Origin: Alphaproteobacteria bacterium
Lineage (GTDB): Bacteria > Pseudomonadota > Alphaproteobacteria > Bin95
NCBI GenBank assembly: GCA_964291285.2
Contig: OZ219786.1
Coordinates: 832,001-896,000, forward strand
Direction of reading: 5' to 3'
Length of the DNA stretch: 64,000 bases
The translations under genes were made by a program, and so were the position numbers. Below are positions 62,927-64,000 of the stretch, one piece after another (positions within the stretch are counted from its first letter, which is position 1; every line of letters starts with the position of its first letter). Below the pieces are notes generated by a model, which searched no databases, was not told where the DNA came from, and saw only the letters and a list, made by a program, of their open reading frames with translations.

Positions 62927-63350
62927 CCCCGGGGGCGGGCGGCCCGGCCGGGAGGACCATGTCTTCCAGGTCCGGGCCTATTACGAGGACACCGACGCGG
63001 GCGGCATCGTCTATCACGCCGCCTATCTGCGCTTCGCCGAGCGCGCGCGCACCGAACTGCTTCGGGAGTTGGGCTACAGCAATCGCTCCATTGCGTTTGC
63101 CGTGGTCGATTGCACGATCCGCTACCACCGGCCCGCCGGGCTCGACGATGCGCTGGAAGTGCGTACGCGGCCGACGGACGCCGGCGGCGCGACATTGTCT
63201 CTGGCGCAGAGTATATGGCGGGCTGGCGAGTTGCTGGTGACGATTCGCATCCGCATCGCCAGACTTGGCGAAAATGGCCGCCCCAGGCGGCTCCCGGCGC
63301 AGTTGCGCCATGTTTTTGCCCAATTGCGGGGCGACATGGGGGAAGGTTAG
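62916..63350 (+). CDS. ybgC: Tol-pal-associated acyl-CoA thioesterase
   Basis: [22 protein letters not shown]; between ruvB and tolQ. Confidence 0.92.
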   Translation: MEHDPGGGRPGREDHVFQVRAYYEDTDAGGIVYHAAYLRFAERARTELLRELGYSNRSIAFAVVDCTIRYHRPAGLDDALEVRTRPTDAGGATLSLAQSIWRAGELLVTIRIRIARLGENGRPRRLPAQLRHVFAQLRGDMGEG

Positions 63351-63357
63351 GCGGTCT

Positions 63358-64000
63358 ATGGACGAGTCACTGGTGCAAGGTCTGGTCACGGGTTCGCTTG
63401 CGGCGACTGACACTCTGTCACCGTTCGCCCTGTTTCTGCAGGCCGATCTCGTCGTCAAGGCGGTGATGCTCGTGCTGCTGGTGGCTTCCGTCATGTCCTG
63501 GGCGATCATTTTCGACAAATGGCGCCGGATGCGCCGCCTCAACCGCGACGCCGGCAGGTTCGAGGAGCTGTTCTGGTCGGTCGCCTCGCTCGAGGACCTG
63601 CATGCGCAGACCAACCACCAGGACCGCGACCCGATGAGCAGCGTGTTCGGCGAAGCGATGCTGGAGCTCCAGGGTTCGTTCGGCAGCGGGACGCTCAGGG
63701 ACGCGGCCGCCCGCGATGCGCTGCAGGCGCGGGTCGAAAGGGTGATGACGGTGGAGGCCGGCCGCTGGATGGACCGTATCGAACGGCACATGATGTTCCT
63801 CGCCTCGGTAGGCTCGGTTTCGCCCTTCATCGGCCTCTTCGGCACGGTCTGGGGCATCATGAACAGCTTCGCCGCCATAGCAGCGTCCAAGCAGACCAAC
63901 CTTGCCGTCGTGGCGCCGGGCATCGCCGAGGCGCTGTTCGCGACTGCGCTCGGGCTGGTCGCCGCAATCCCGGCGGTCGTCGCCTACAACAAGTTCTCCA
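63358..64000 (+). CDS. tolQ: TolQ (3' truncated by window)
   Basis: Own translation: LFLQADLVVKAVM...SWAIIFDK, PFIGLFGTVWGIMNSF, VAPGIAEALFATALGL. Confidence 0.95.
   Translation, partial: MDESLVQGLVTGSLAATDTLSPFALFLQADLVVKAVMLVLLVASVMSWAIIFDKWRRMRRLNRDAGRFEELFWSVASLEDLHAQTNHQDRDPMSSVFGEAMLELQGSFGSGTLRDAAARDALQARVERVMTVEAGRWMDRIERHMMFLASVGSVSPFIGLFGTVWGIMNSFAAIAASKQTNLAVVAPGIAEALFATALGLVAAIPAVVAYNKFS

Overview
A 64 kb window of a GC-rich (roughly 70% by eye) alphaproteobacterial chromosome, Rhodospirillales-like by gene content and order (inference). Most of it is housekeeping: thrS(partial)-infC-rpmI-rplT-pheS-pheT; zapE-MFS-mdh-sucCD-sucAB-lpdA-GST; argD-argF-hslO; amiC-mrcA-prfB opposite rne; tkt-gap; zapA-6S RNA-ygfA-ymdB-yebC-ruvCAB-ybgC-tolQ(partial). 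Accessory catabolic genes are interleaved: a Rieske oxygenase, a CoA-transferase, a LeuCD-like dehydratase with an ICL-family lyase, a three-part nitrile/thiocyanate hydratase-like cluster, an LLM oxidoreductase, an intradiol dioxygenase and an IlvD-family dehydratase. There are two complete insertion sequences: an IS1634-family element splitting a DUF1624 gene, and an IS110 element with a recognisable bridge RNA. The most unusual signal is a non-coding element present twice (about 34400-35010 on +, about 43950-46090 on -). Each copy has a sigma70-like promoter, a conserved structured leader, a non-conserved ~80-codon ORF and 10-bp-phased CATGACA arrays. The IS110 has inserted into a conserved motif of the second copy, and its target guide also partly matches the empty first copy. 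No tRNA, rRNA or CRISPR array was seen. All calls come from reading the sequence; no searches were run.
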